50,391 nt of DNA from Geothrix sp. (GTDB lineage Bacteria > Acidobacteriota > Holophagae > Holophagales > Holophagaceae): assembly GCA_036504935.1 (NCBI GenBank), contig DASXUH010000038.1, forward strand, positions 1-50,391, in the 5' to 3' direction. This document shows positions 27,710 to 38,508 of this stretch, one piece after another (the first letter of the stretch is position 1; each line of letters begins with the position of its first letter). The notes under the pieces were generated by a model that was not told the origin of the DNA, ran no database searches, and saw only the letters and a program-made list of their open reading frames with translations. The translations under genes were made by a program, and so were the position numbers.

Positions 27710-30700
27710 TCAGGGCTTGTATTCGACCATCTGCTGGGCGGAGTTGCCCTTGACATCCATGAGGGAGATCGACCAGCCGTAGGTGATCCCCGTGGTCAGC
27801 GCGGGCTGAGAAGCCTTGCCATCCACATTGTAGAGCACGGAAAGCTGGGTGCTGGGCATGTCCCCGTTGGACGGGTACTGCCAGATCTGGCCGCCTCCTA
27901 ACTGTTGGATCCAAAGGCTGTAGGTGTAGGGGAAGGAGGGCGCAGGTGAAGGTGCCGCCCAAGTGAACGTGGGCGTGGTTCCCGCAGCTGCACCCGTGAC
28001 CGGGGCCAGATTCAAGGGGAAGGTATCCAGGATGGCGGAAACGGTGACAGTGCGCGTTTCCGAAGTGCCATCGCTGTAGCCCAACTGGAGCGTGTAGGCG
28101 TCTCCCACCGTGGGACGGAGGGTTGCAGTGTTCACCCAGTAGTAGTAGCCGGTGCCATCGGGCTTCCCGACATCAAGCAGGGCCGATCCCATCTGGATGG
28201 TCACGTTCACGGGCCGCTTGATGTTCTGGTCCACGTTGAAATTCAGGCTGTAGCTTTCGTTCGTTATCGCTCCGCTGGTGTATTTCTGGTGGGAGGTGGC
28301 CACGGAAGCGGTCACGTTGGTGCTGGGGATCGTGAGGCTCTGCCCCGTCATGCTCCCGCTGACGGTGATCAGCGACGAATCCTTGCCGTTGATATTGCTC
28401 ATATCCCCTAGATCAACCAGACCGTTGTTGTTCTGGTCGAGGATGCCGAAGAAGAAGAACGTGCCTGCTGGAACGCCTGGCACGCTGAACGCCTGCGGAC
28501 TGACGGGATTGGCGATCCGCACCGCATAGGGGCGTCCCGCGGCCTGGTCATAAAGGCCGACGTACAACGGACCCGTGGCCGTCCCGGTGAAGGTGACGGT
28601 GCCGGAGACGGTGAACCCGCCCGTGGCCGGTCCGGGGGTGATGGGGCCAGCCGTGGCGGAAGGATTGCTGGTGGTGGCCCCCGCCTTCCCATACATGCGG
28701 AAGTAATAGGCCGTCCCGTTCGTCAGGCCTGAATGGAGATACATCGGGTTGTTCTTCCCGGCAGCGGGAATGGTGGCGCTTCCGGCGAGGGTGGCGAAGG
28801 TGCTGGAGGTGCTCCACTGGAGCAGGTAGGAATCGGGTGTTTCCACGAACTGCGCATTCTGCATGGGGTCCCAACTGGTGAAGGCCCCACCGTCCATGGG
28901 CACGACCCCATTGATGAGCGGCCCCGCGACCCCCGTCAGGCTGACGGCGGCGGGATCAGCCAAGGTCACGTTGGCGCCCGCATAATTGCTGTTGCCGACG
29001 ACGACAGAGACACTTCCCGTCGGGTTGGAGGCATTGGGAACGCCCTGTCCGACGGTATCCATCCAGGCCTTCAAGGTGTAGGTGCCGGATGCGACCCCCC
29101 GAATGGTGAACGTGCCGGCCGGAGAGACGCTGACACCGGGGGCTCCGCCGCCATTGCCACCGTCCAGCCGCAGGAAGACGCGGCCGGTCTTGATCCCGGC
29201 ATAGCTGACGGTGCCGGACACGGTATAGCCGAGGGCCGCCTGGAACTGGACGTTGGTCACGTTGGCGCTGGCGACCGTCACCGGCTGGGTGGCCGGGAAG
29301 AACAGGGCGCTGGGCCCGGTGATGCTGGGCGTCACCGTGTAGGCCCCGTTGGGGATGTTCCCCAGGGTAAAGTTGCCCGTGCCATCCGTGACCGCGGTCG
29401 TGGCAGGGGTGGTGTTGATGCTCAGGGTGACACCGGATACCCCGGCGCCGCCGTTGGTCAGGGTCACCCGACCGGACACGGAGTAGTTGAGGGTGACGGT
29501 CAGGGTGGCCGCGGTGCTGGTCACGCTGCCCTGGGAATTGGTCACCACCACGGTGTAGGTCCCGGCATCCGTGGAGGCCACCGCAGGGATCGTGTAGCTA
29601 GAACTGGTAGCGCTGGCGATGTTCACGCCGCCCTTCTGCCACTGATAGGTGGGGGCGGGGTTGCCGTTGGCGGCCACCGAGAAGGTGACAGTCGTGCCCT
29701 GGCCCACGGTCTGGCTGATGGGCTGGACAGTGATCACCGGTTTGTACAGGACGTCGAGAGTGGCGCCGGAACTCGTGATGGTTCCTGCGGTGTTCGTCGC
29801 CACGACGGTATATACCCCGGCGTCCGTGGAAACCACGGCGGGGATCGTGTAGCTGGAACCGGTGGCGCCGGCGATGGCCACGCCACCCTTCTGCCACTGG
29901 TAGGTGGGAGTCGGCGTCCCGGTGGCCACCACGCTGAAGGTCGCGGAAGCCCCAGCAGCCACGGTCAGGCTCGCGGGCTGGGTGGTGATGCCCGGCGCGA
30001 CGGGCGCGGGATTGACCGTCAAGGTCGCGATGGCACTGGTCGCGGTGCCGATGGCGTTGGTCACCACCACGTCGAAGGTGCTGCCGCTGTCCCCGATCAC
30101 GGTGATGGGGGTGGTGTAGCTCGATCCTGTGGCGCCAGCAAGGGCGACGCCGCCCTTGCGCCACTGGTAGGTGGGGGTGGGGTTGCCCGTCGCGGTGACG
30201 GAGAAGGTGGCCGTCTGGCCCACCACCACGCTCTGGTTCGCGGGCTGGGTGGTGATGACCGGCGCGGCGTTGACGGTGAGGGCGGCGGCGGTGGACGTGA
30301 CGCTTCCCGCGGCGTTGGTGACCACCACGGTGTAGGCGCCCGCGTCCGCCAGGGTCGTGCTGGCGATGGTGTAGGTGGCGCTGGTGGCGCCGGCGATGTT
30401 CACGCCGCTCTTCTGCCACTGGTAGGTGGGAGCGGGTGTCCCCGTGGCCACCACGGTGAAACTGGCCGAGGCGGGCGCGGTCACCGTGGTGCCCACGGGC
30501 TGCGTGGTGATGGCCGGGGGCACCTGGATGGTGAGGACGGCTCCGTTGCTGGTAGTGGTGCCAATGCTGTTCGTGGCGACACAGGTGTAGGTCGCCGCAT
30601 CCGCGAGGGAGGTGGTGGTGATGGTGAAGGTCGCGCTGGTGGCGCCGGCGATGGCCACGCCGCCCTTCTGCCACTGGTAGGTGGGAGCCGGGAACCCGCT

Positions 30701-31654
30701 GGCCGCTGCGGTGAATGTGACGGAGGCCGGGGCGATCACGGTCTGACTGAGAGGCTGGGTCGTGAAGACGGGCGCCTGGTTCACGATCAGGACGGCGGCG
30801 GTGCTGGTGGCCGTGCCCAGCGTGTTGGTGGCGACCACCGTGTAGCTTCCCGCATCCGCCAGCGTGGCGCTGGGGATGGTGAGCGTGGCGGCGGTCTGGC
30901 CCGTCAGGAGGGTCGTGCCCTTGAACCACTGGAATGTGGGCGCGGGGTTGCCCGAGGCGGCGGCCGTGAAGGTCACGGCGGCCCCCGCTGTCACGGTCGC
31001 ACCGACCGGCTGGGTGGTGAACACCGGCGCAGCCTGGACCGTCAGGACGGCCGCATTGCTGGTAGCCGTGCCCTGGGCATTGGTCACCGTCACGGTGAAG
31101 CTGGCCCCATTATCGGCCAGGACCGTGGCGGGGGTGGTGTAGCTGGCGGAGGTGGCGCCGGTGATGGCGGTGCCCCCCTTCTTCCACTGATAGCTGAGGG
31201 TCCCGCTTCCCGTGGCCGCCACGGTGAAGGTCGCCGTGGCTCCGGCCGTGACCGTGACATTGGCGGGCTGGGTGGTGATGGTCGGCGGCGCGGGGTTCAC
31301 GGTCAGCGTCGCGGCGTTGCTGGTGACGGATCCGGCCGCGTTGCTCACGGTCACCGTGAAGCTGGAGCCCGTGTCGGCCAGGACGGTCGCAGGCGTGGTG
31401 TAGCTTGCAGAGGTCGCCCCGGTGATGGCTGTCCCGCCCTTCTTCCATTGATAGGTGAGGGGCGCCGTGCCAGCGGCGGTGACAGTGAAGGAGGCCGTGG
31501 CGCCCTCCAGCACCGTCTGATTGGCCGGCTGGACGCTGATGGCTGGGGCCATGAAGGGCGGCGGCGCGCTTCCTCCACCACCACATCCGAGATAGAGCGC
31601 CACTGCCGAAGACAGTGCGAACAATGCCTTCAGCGCCTGTTTGGGAAACCTCAT
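27710..31654 (-). CDS. Large surface lipoprotein with 8 Ig-like repeats plus further beta-sandwich domains (copy 2)
   Basis: Lipobox LYLGC-GGGG; eight Ig repeats; C-terminal region homologous to 23038..26517 (QAALGYTVSGTVSY, KTGR..LRLDGG, MVEY.P). Confidence 0.88.
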   Translation of the reverse strand: MRFPKQALKALFALSSAVALYLGCGGGGSAPPPFMAPAISVQPANQTVLEGATASFTVTAAGTAPLTYQWKKGGTAITGATSASYTTPATVLADTGSSFTVTVSNAAGSVTSNAATLTVNPAPPTITTQPANVTVTAGATATFTVAATGSGTLSYQWKKGGTAITGATSASYTTPATVLADNGASFTVTVTNAQGTATSNAAVLTVQAAPVFTTQPVGATVTAGAAVTFTAAASGNPAPTFQWFKGTTLLTGQTAATLTIPSATLADAGSYTVVATNTLGTATSTAAVLIVNQAPVFTTQPLSQTVIAPASVTFTAAASGFPAPTYQWQKGGVAIAGATSATFTITTTSLADAATYTCVATNSIGTTTSNGAVLTIQVPPAITTQPVGTTVTAPASASFTVVATGTPAPTYQWQKSGVNIAGATSATYTIASTTLADAGAYTVVVTNAAGSVTSTAAALTVNAAPVITTQPANQSVVVGQTATFSVTATGNPTPTYQWRKGGVALAGATGSSYTTPITVIGDSGSTFDVVVTNAIGTATSAIATLTVNPAPVAPGITTQPASLTVAAGASATFSVVATGTPTPTYQWQKGGVAIAGATGSSYTIPAVVSTDAGVYTVVATNTAGTITSSGATLDVLYKPVITVQPISQTVGQGTTVTFSVAANGNPAPTYQWQKGGVNIASATSSSYTIPAVASTDAGTYTVVVTNSQGSVTSTAATLTVTLNYSVSGRVTLTNGGAGVSGVTLSINTTPATTAVTDGTGNFTLGNIPNGAYTVTPSITGPSALFFPATQPVTVASANVTNVQFQAALGYTVSGTVSYAGIKTGRVFLRLDGGNGGGAPGVSVSPAGTFTIRGVASGTYTLKAWMDTVGQGVPNASNPTGSVSVVVGNSNYAGANVTLADPAAVSLTGVAGPLINGVVPMDGGAFTSWDPMQNAQFVETPDSYLLQWSTSSTFATLAGSATIPAAGKNNPMYLHSGLTNGTAYYFRMYGKAGATTSNPSATAGPITPGPATGGFTVSGTVTFTGTATGPLYVGLYDQAAGRPYAVRIANPVSPQAFSVPGVPAGTFFFFGILDQNNNGLVDLGDMSNINGKDSSLITVSGSMTGQSLTIPSTNVTASVATSHQKYTSGAITNESYSLNFNVDQNIKRPVNVTIQMGSALLDVGKPDGTGYYYWVNTATLRPTVGDAYTLQLGYSDGTSETRTVTVSAILDTFPLNLAPVTGAAAGTTPTFTWAAPSPAPSFPYTYSLWIQQLGGGQIWQYPSNGDMPSTQLSVLYNVDGKASQPALTTGITYGWSISLMDVKGNSAQQMVEYKP

Positions 31655-31925
31655 AAAGTGCCTCCTCTAGAAGCTTGTGAGAAATTGTCGACGAACGCGG
31701 TACTTCGAATTTGACTCGGGTATGGTTCTTGGGCGGTGACTGGATGCGTTACTCTACAGGCGGTTTTTCCTACCAACCTAGAGGTATTTTTAAATAATTT
31801 TGAAGGGATGCATTTTTTTTACGCTTACCATGAGTGCCGACCTTTCGAGCATTCTTAAGCAGACCTTTTTGCCCAGTTCCACCGACCATTCGTGCATTTT
31901 TTTCGAAAATCCAATTTTCATTCAT

Positions 31926-32873
31926 ATGAAGCTCCCCATCCTCTTCAACCCCGCTTCGGGCACGGCGCCGAAGGATCCGGAGGCCCTGCTCCGTCCTCTC
32001 CCGAAGGAGCTCCAGGATCGGGTGGACCCCACCCCTTTCGGCCCTCCCTGGGATTTTGAACCCCATATCGCGAGAGCCCAGCGCGCGGAGGGTCCCCTGC
32101 TGGTCTGGGGCGGGGACGGCACGATCCACCACGCGGCCAAGGCGCTGATCGACCGTGGCTGTCCCGTCCCCCTCGGCGCCATCCCTGGCGGCAGCGGGAA
32201 CGGGCTGGCGCGGGGACTCCGCACTCCGCTCGAGCCGGCGGGCGCGGTACAGCGCCTGCTGGAGGGACGCGAGCTGCGCATGGACCTGCCCCGCCTCGAC
32301 GGCGAGCCCTTCCTGAACGTCTGCGGCACGGGCTTCGAGGCCGCCGTGGCCCACCGCTTCGCCGCCCTGCCCGGCCGTGGCTTCGCCGCCTATGCCCGGG
32401 CCAGCCTGGACCTCTGGCGCACCTGGCGGCCCGCGGCCCTGGCCTGGGAGGCCGAGGAGGAGCCCATGCCCTCCTCCGACGGTCGCATCGAGCGCATCCG
32501 CGCCGCCTTCCACCCGGGCGCGCCGAGGCTGCCCGAATCCGCCTGGAGCCTCTGCTTCGCCAACCTCCCCACCTACGGCAGCGGGCTGTGGATCGCCCCC
32601 TTCGCCGATCCCACGGACGGCTGTCTCCAGTGGGCCACCCTGACCCGGCCCACCTGGCTGACCCTGTTCACCGAGGCGCCCCGGCTCTTCCAGGAGGGCG
32701 GGCACACCGCCCTCCGCAACGAGGGCCGCCTCCGCCGCGCTACCCTGCGCCTGGAGCGCTCCCTGCCCTGGCACCTGGACGGCGAGCCCGCCGCTCCGCG
32801 CGACCGCGCCGAACTCTCCGTGGAACCTCGTGCCTTCCGGATGCAGGTCACCGGGGCGTGCCCCTGGCAGTAG
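31926..32873 (+). CDS. Diacylglycerol/lipid kinase family protein (YegS/BmrU-like)
   Basis: [30 protein letters not shown] motifs. Confidence 0.9.
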   Translation: MKLPILFNPASGTAPKDPEALLRPLPKELQDRVDPTPFGPPWDFEPHIARAQRAEGPLLVWGGDGTIHHAAKALIDRGCPVPLGAIPGGSGNGLARGLRTPLEPAGAVQRLLEGRELRMDLPRLDGEPFLNVCGTGFEAAVAHRFAALPGRGFAAYARASLDLWRTWRPAALAWEAEEEPMPSSDGRIERIRAAFHPGAPRLPESAWSLCFANLPTYGSGLWIAPFADPTDGCLQWATLTRPTWLTLFTEAPRLFQEGGHTALRNEGRLRRATLRLERSLPWHLDGEPAAPRDRAELSVEPRAFRMQVTGACPWQ

Positions 32874-32883
32874 GCGCAGCCAC

Positions 32884-32919
32884 GCGCAGAAACGGCCCCG
32901 GACGGGGCCGTTTCTGCGC
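32884..32919. terminator. Hairpin between convergent genes
   Basis: GCGCAGAAACGGCCCC-GGAC-GGGGCCGTTTCTGCGC, perfect 16-bp stem. Confidence 0.75.
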
Positions 32920-32934
32920 TGGAGAACTGCCTAT

Positions 32935-33813
32935 CTAGTGCGGAAACACCGCCGGTCCGGTCAGGCTGGGCCCCCGGAACTCGGCGCTGACGCTGGGGCT
33001 GGCGCCCCAGAGGCCGGCCACCATCTTCACCTGGCTGAGGTCCACCGCGGCGGGATCCCAGTCCCGGCGGATGGCCAGGGTGTAGGGATTCTTGGCGTCA
33101 GACCACCAGGCGGGATCGTCCACGATGATGTAGACCGCCGTGGCCTCCTTACCGGGGTTCCTGTAGGTCACCAGGATCGGCTGGGGCGCGATGGCGGCCT
33201 GCAGCATGCCCGCTCCGGGCCGGCCCCATTTGTCCACGAGCATGAGCCGGAACCAGCCCAGGTTGCTGTGCTGGACCTCGATCTGGACGGTGCCTCCCGC
33301 AGGCACGGAAACGCCGTAGGCCCGCCAGCCGGACGGCACCTGGACATAGTCCGTGAGGGCCTGCACCGTGTCACCAAGGGCCGTCACTGGGATGAAGCCC
33401 CGGCGGGAGAGCCACTGGATCTCAGCCATGATGTCCCGCTGGCGCCAGTAGAGGCCTGTGGGGAAGGTCGTGCACCGGTTCCAGGCTGGCGGCACCACCA
33501 CCTGGGTGCCGGGATAGAGGCTCACGCTGGATACCCGGGGAGCGAGGGCCCGAGGACGTGGGTCCACTTCGCTTGTGCGGGGACCCGGGTGACGGTCCAG
33601 CCGACCCGTCCGGTCCGCCATCGGTCCGGCCATGGGCCTGGAACTGTCCGGCCGGGCAACCTCGGGAGCCGGCCGGTCGCCCATGGGGCGCATCGGCTGT
33701 GGCGAATCGCGACGACCCCGCTCCTGCTGTGGTGAAGCGCTACATAGGGCTGAGGCCAGGAGCAGGCCAGAAAAGACAGTTGTGGCGCGGAATTGCGGAC
33801 TCTGGAACCTCAT
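32935..33813 (-). CDS. Hypothetical secreted protein
   Basis: Signal-peptide-like start [18 protein letters not shown], Pro/Arg linker, globular C-terminus; the longer listed ORF overlaps murC antisense. Confidence 0.65.
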   Translation of the reverse strand: MRFQSPQFRATTVFSGLLLASALCSASPQQERGRRDSPQPMRPMGDRPAPEVARPDSSRPMAGPMADRTGRLDRHPGPRTSEVDPRPRALAPRVSSVSLYPGTQVVVPPAWNRCTTFPTGLYWRQRDIMAEIQWLSRRGFIPVTALGDTVQALTDYVQVPSGWRAYGVSVPAGGTVQIEVQHSNLGWFRLMLVDKWGRPGAGMLQAAIAPQPILVTYRNPGKEATAVYIIVDDPAWWSDAKNPYTLAIRRDWDPAAVDLSQVKMVAGLWGASPSVSAEFRGPSLTGPAVFPH

Positions 33814-33910
33814 CGCACACCCCCTTGGTTCCGGTGGAACCCCATTATCAAGCCAGAGCCATGCCAGTGCCTGGGTTATTCTGGCGGCGACTAAAGATGG
33901 GGGCCTCAAG

Positions 33911-35278
33911 GTGTTCGGCAAGATCCAGCACATCCATTTCGTGGGCATCGGCGGCATCGGGATGTCCGGCATCGCGGAGGTGCTCGTCAACCTGGGCCAC
34001 CGGGTGTCGGGCTCGGATCTGAAAGAGAGCGCCGTGACCCAGCGCCTCCGCGGCCTGGGCATCGAGGTGCACATTGGCCATCGGGCCGAGGCCATCGAGG
34101 GCGCCCAGGTGGTGGTGATCTCCTCGGCCGTGAAAGGCGACAACCCCGAAGTGGTGGCCGCCCACGCCCGCAAGGTGCCCGTGATCCCCCGGGGCGAGAT
34201 GCTGGCGGAGCTGATGCGCATGAAGTACGGCGTGGCCGTGGCGGGCTCCCACGGGAAGACCACCACCACCAGCATGGTGGCCCAGGTGCTCAGCCACGGC
34301 GGCCTCGACCCCACCATCGTCATCGGCGGCAAGCTGGGCACCATCGGCAGCAACGCCAAGCTGGGCAAGGGCCCCGTCCTGGTGGCCGAGGCTGACGAGA
34401 GCGACGGCAGCTTCCTCATGCTGAACCCCACCCTGGCCACCATCACCAACATCGACCGGGAGCACTTGGATCACTACAAGGATCTGGAGGAGATCCAGGA
34501 CGCCTTCGTGGCTTTCGCCAACAAGGTGCCCTTCTACGGCTCCGTCTTCCTCTGCATGGACGATGCGAACGCCGCCTCCGTGCGCCCCCGCCTGAAGCGC
34601 CAGGTGCGCACCTACGGCACCCATCCCCAGGTGGACATCCGGGCCCAGGAGATCCGCCAGGAGGGCTTCCACACCCACTTCAAGGTCCGTGCCTACGGCG
34701 AGGATCTGGGCGCCTTCAGCCTGGGCGTGCCCGGCCACCACATGGTGCTGAACGCCCTGGCCGCCATCGGCATCGCGCTCGAGCTCGACATGGAGCGCGA
34801 GGTCATCCGCACCAGCCTGGCCGGCTTTACGGGCGCGGACCGGCGCTTCCAGCTCAAGGGTGAGAAGGACGGCGTGCTGGTGGTGGACGACTACGGGCAC
34901 CATCCCACGGAGATCGCGGCCACCCTGGCCGCGGCCCGGGCCGGCTTCCCGGACCGCCGCATCGTGGCGGCCTTCCAGCCCCATCGCTACAGCCGCACCA
35001 AGGCCCTGCTCGACGAGTTCGGCACGGCGTTCTTCGAAGCGGATTCCGTGGTGGTCACGGACATCTACCCCGCCGGCGAACCGCCCATCCAGGGGGTGGA
35101 CAGCGCCGCCGTGGCGGAGGCCCTGCGCTCCCATGGCCAGAAGGAGGTCCACCTCGCCGGGCGCGTGGAAGACCTGCCGGAGGTCCTCAAGCGCCTCACC
35201 CACAGCGGGGATCTCCTCATCACCTTCGGAGCGGGCTCCATCACCCAGGCCGGGCCCGCCTTCCTGGCCCTGACCTGA
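33911..35278 (+). CDS. murC: UDP-N-acetylmuramate--L-alanine ligase
   Basis: [45 protein letters not shown]; GTG start inferred. Confidence 0.97.
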   Translation: MFGKIQHIHFVGIGGIGMSGIAEVLVNLGHRVSGSDLKESAVTQRLRGLGIEVHIGHRAEAIEGAQVVVISSAVKGDNPEVVAAHARKVPVIPRGEMLAELMRMKYGVAVAGSHGKTTTTSMVAQVLSHGGLDPTIVIGGKLGTIGSNAKLGKGPVLVAEADESDGSFLMLNPTLATITNIDREHLDHYKDLEEIQDAFVAFANKVPFYGSVFLCMDDANAASVRPRLKRQVRTYGTHPQVDIRAQEIRQEGFHTHFKVRAYGEDLGAFSLGVPGHHMVLNALAAIGIALELDMEREVIRTSLAGFTGADRRFQLKGEKDGVLVVDDYGHHPTEIAATLAAARAGFPDRRIVAAFQPHRYSRTKALLDEFGTAFFEADSVVVTDIYPAGEPPIQGVDSAAVAEALRSHGQKEVHLAGRVEDLPEVLKRLTHSGDLLITFGAGSITQAGPAFLALT

Positions 35279-35285
35279 GGCCGTC

Positions 35286-37916
35286 ATGAGGCGCCCCCTC
35301 CGGTTGAGCCTCCCTGCCATCCTCGCCCCAGCTTGTGCGCTGGCGGGCCTGCCGCCCGGACTGCTGCCCGCCGGAGACCATCGCCCGGAGGTGCCCCAGC
35401 CGGATCTTGGGGCCCACTACACCCCCCACTCAGCCCTGATGGCCTATGTCCGCGCCCTGGCCACCGCCGCGCCGGAGCGCGTGAAGCTTCTCACTTTGAA
35501 CGTCACCGAGGAAGGTCGCGAGCAGCCTTTCCTCATCATCAGCTCGCCGGAAAATCTGAAGCACCTGGACGAGTTGCAGGCCCTCAACGCGAAGCTTGCC
35601 GATCCCCGGACCCGCGGTGAGGGCGAAGCCCGCCGCATCGCGGAGACCAATCCCGCCTTCGTCTGGCTGGGCTATTCGGTCCACGGGTCCGAGGCGTCGG
35701 GTACCGAAGCGGCCCTGGCCGTGGCCTACCACTTCGCCGCGGGCCGGTCTCCCGAGGTGCTGAAACAGCTCGAACGCGTGGTGCTCCTCATGGACCTCAC
35801 GCAGAACCCTGACGGCCAGGCCCGGCACCTCCAGGCGGTGGCGGAGGCCGCCACGCCCTTCAACACCAGCGATCCCATGGACGCGCAGAACACCAGCCGC
35901 TGGCCTGGCGGCCGTTTCAACCACCGGCTCTTCGACCTGAACCGCGACTGGGCCTGGCAGACCCAGGGCGAGTCCCGGGCCAAGGCCGCGGCCTTCCTGC
36001 GTTGGAATCCGCAGGTGATGGCGGACCACCACGAGATGTGGCCCGAGGCCACCTACTACTTCCCGCCCACCATGCAGCCCATCCACGAGGCGCTGCCGGA
36101 GGCCTTTTCCGGCCGCTGGCAGGCGGCCTTCGGGAAGAGCGTGGCCCGGTCTTTCGATGCCCGCGGCTGGGCCTATTTCAGCCGCGACGTATTCGACCTC
36201 TTCTACCCCGGCTATGGGGATTCCTGGCCCACCTTCCAGGGCGCCGTGGGCATGACCTTCGAGGTGGCCGGCCAAGGCGGCCCCGCCTACAAGCGCCAGG
36301 ACGGCGAGATCCTCACCCTCGAAGGCCGCATCCAGCGCCACGTGGCCGCCAGCCTCGCCACTGTGGCCACCGCCGCGGCGGAGCACCGGGCCCTGCTCTG
36401 GGACTTCCAGCGGGCCCGCCGTGAGCGCGTGGCCCAGGGCGACCGCGCCGGGGCCTTCCTCCTGGCGGAGGGGGATGATCCCGGCCGCACCCGGGCCCTG
36501 GTGGCGTTGTTGGAGCGCAATGGCATCGAGGTGCTGCGCACCACCGCCAGCCTCAGCACCAATGCTGGTGCAAGCGGGCTCGAACCCATCGGCCTTGCCA
36601 AGGCTCCGGGCCTGCCCGTCGGCAGCTATCTGGTCCCCTTGGACCAGCCCCGGGGCGCCCTGGCCCAAGCCCTGCTCGAAGGCGAGGCCCACATGGGGCC
36701 CAAGCCGACCTACGACATCACGGCCTGGAGTCTCCCCCTGGCCTTCCACGTACCTGCCTGGCGGACGAAGGTGCGCCCCAAGGTCGCCACCGCCCCCCTG
36801 GCTGCTGCAGGCGGTGACACGCTCCCCGCTGCAGCCTGGGGTTATCTCATCCCGGGCGGGCACGAGGGAACCGAACGCACGCTGGCGGTTCTGCTCCAGG
36901 AGGGCTTCAAGGCCACGGCCCTGGCGGAACCCGCTACGTTCAAGGGCCTACGGTTCGGGCCTGGCACCCTGGTCCTGTCCCGGCGCACGAACCCGGAAGC
37001 CCTTCTGGGGCGCCTCCAGGCTCTTGCCCGGGAGAACCATCACCCCGTGGTGGCCATGGACACCGCCCAGATGGAGGCCGGGCCTGACCTGGGCTCCAAC
37101 CGCGCCCTGATCCTCCGCACGCCCCGCATCGCCTTGCTCATGGACCGCCCCGCCAACCCCATGGCCTTCGGCGCCCTGGCCCACACCCTGACCGAGGCGG
37201 GCCTGCCCTTCGTGCAGCTGCGGGCCGACCGGTTCGGCGCCACGCCCTTGGCGCGCTTCACCCATGTCATCGTGGTGGATGACGGGGCCCAGGGCAAGGC
37301 CTGGCAGCAGGCCCTGGGCGAGGGCGGCGCGGCGAAACTGAAGGCCTGGATCACCGAGGGCGGCAGCCTCCTCGCCTTCCAGGGCGGCGCGGCCTATGCC
37401 TGCCGGGCTGGCCTGACGCCCACCGGCTACCACCTGCTGGCCAAGGCCGCCGAAGAAGCCCGGCTCAAGGAGAAGGATCCCAAGCGCGAAGCGCCCAAAG
37501 CCGATCCCGCCGAACTGGTGCGCCCCTGGGACAAACGCGAGGAGCGGACCCTGGAGGAAAGCATCCCCGGGGCGTTCCTGAAGGTGCAAGTGGACGGCAG
37601 CCATCCCCTGGCCTGGGGTCTCCACGCCGAAAGCGGCGGCGCGGTGCTGGATACCAGCGACCCCATCCTGGAACTGAGCGCCGGTGGCGAGAACCCCCTC
37701 CACTACGGCAAGGAAGACCTGAAGGTCTCGGGCTTGGTGCCCAAGGCCATGGAGGCCAAGCTCCAGCAGACCGCCTACGCCCTGCGTGAGAAGCAGGGCC
37801 TGGGCGCGGTGATCCTGGTGGCGGGCGATCCGGTCTTCCGCGGGCAGACGCCCTTCACGCGGCGCCTGCTGTTCAACGCCATCTTCTTCGGGGCCTACCG
37901 TCCCGCACCGGAATGA
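35286..37916 (+). CDS. M14 family zinc carboxypeptidase with C-terminal GATase-like domain
   Basis: HGSE Zn motif, NPDG, DLNRD, DHHE; signal peptide. Confidence 0.88.
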   Translation: MRRPLRLSLPAILAPACALAGLPPGLLPAGDHRPEVPQPDLGAHYTPHSALMAYVRALATAAPERVKLLTLNVTEEGREQPFLIISSPENLKHLDELQALNAKLADPRTRGEGEARRIAETNPAFVWLGYSVHGSEASGTEAALAVAYHFAAGRSPEVLKQLERVVLLMDLTQNPDGQARHLQAVAEAATPFNTSDPMDAQNTSRWPGGRFNHRLFDLNRDWAWQTQGESRAKAAAFLRWNPQVMADHHEMWPEATYYFPPTMQPIHEALPEAFSGRWQAAFGKSVARSFDARGWAYFSRDVFDLFYPGYGDSWPTFQGAVGMTFEVAGQGGPAYKRQDGEILTLEGRIQRHVAASLATVATAAAEHRALLWDFQRARRERVAQGDRAGAFLLAEGDDPGRTRALVALLERNGIEVLRTTASLSTNAGASGLEPIGLAKAPGLPVGSYLVPLDQPRGALAQALLEGEAHMGPKPTYDITAWSLPLAFHVPAWRTKVRPKVATAPLAAAGGDTLPAAAWGYLIPGGHEGTERTLAVLLQEGFKATALAEPATFKGLRFGPGTLVLSRRTNPEALLGRLQALARENHHPVVAMDTAQMEAGPDLGSNRALILRTPRIALLMDRPANPMAFGALAHTLTEAGLPFVQLRADRFGATPLARFTHVIVVDDGAQGKAWQQALGEGGAAKLKAWITEGGSLLAFQGGAAYACRAGLTPTGYHLLAKAAEEARLKEKDPKREAPKADPAELVRPWDKREERTLEESIPGAFLKVQVDGSHPLAWGLHAESGGAVLDTSDPILELSAGGENPLHYGKEDLKVSGLVPKAMEAKLQQTAYALREKQGLGAVILVAGDPVFRGQTPFTRRLLFNAIFFGAYRPAPE

Positions 37917-37926
37917 GGGACGCCCC

Positions 37927-38508
37927 ATGACGACTTCAAGCGGCCTCCGCTTCACGCTCGCCATCACCGGCGCCTCCGGCTCCGCCTTCGGTGTGGCGGC
38001 GCTGCGTCGCCTGTCTGCCAGCCCCGCCGTGGAACAGATCGCCCTGCTGCTGTCGCCCACGGGGAAGCGCTGCCTGCTGGACGAGACCGGCCTCACGCCG
38101 AAGGACCTGGCTGCCCTGCCCAAGGTGGGCCTGCGGGACGAGCGCGACCTGGGCGCCGACATCTCCTCAGGTTCGTTCCGCCACGACGGCATGGCCATCG
38201 TGCCCTGCAGCGCAGGCGCCCTGGGCCGCATCGCCTCTGGCGTGAGCGAGTCCCTGGTGAGCCGCGCCGCCGACGTATGCCTCAAGGAGCGCCGTCCCCT
38301 CGTGCTCTGCCTGCGTGAGACGCCCCTGAACCGCGTCCACCTGGAGAACATGCTGCGCGTCCACGACGCCGGCGCCGTGGTCATGCCGATCATGCCAGGC
38401 TTCTACAGCAGCCCGAAAAGCCTCGAAGACCTCTACGACACCTTCGCCACCCGCGTGCTGGATCAGCTGGGGCTGCGGGAGGATGATCCGCGGCGGTGGA
38501 AGAGCTAG
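37927..38508 (+). CDS. ubiX: Flavin prenyltransferase
   Basis: ITGASG, ISSGS, PCS, RAADVCLKERR, RETP, PGFY. Confidence 0.95.
   Translation: MTTSSGLRFTLAITGASGSAFGVAALRRLSASPAVEQIALLLSPTGKRCLLDETGLTPKDLAALPKVGLRDERDLGADISSGSFRHDGMAIVPCSAGALGRIASGVSESLVSRAADVCLKERRPLVLCLRETPLNRVHLENMLRVHDAGAVVMPIMPGFYSSPKSLEDLYDTFATRVLDQLGLREDDPRRWKS

Noticed and set aside
23038-31654. Ig genes as targets of a diversity-generating retroelement or shufflon
   Set aside because: No reverse transcriptase, recombinase, adenine-specific template/variable repeat pair or inverted crossover sites seen in the window
28733-31714. 993-aa plus-strand ORF and other long antisense ORFs (e.g. 46984-49587, 33848-35320) or alternate-frame ORFs (5847-7781)
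   Set aside because: Shadow ORFs overlapping well-supported genes; expected at high GC3; no recognisable motifs
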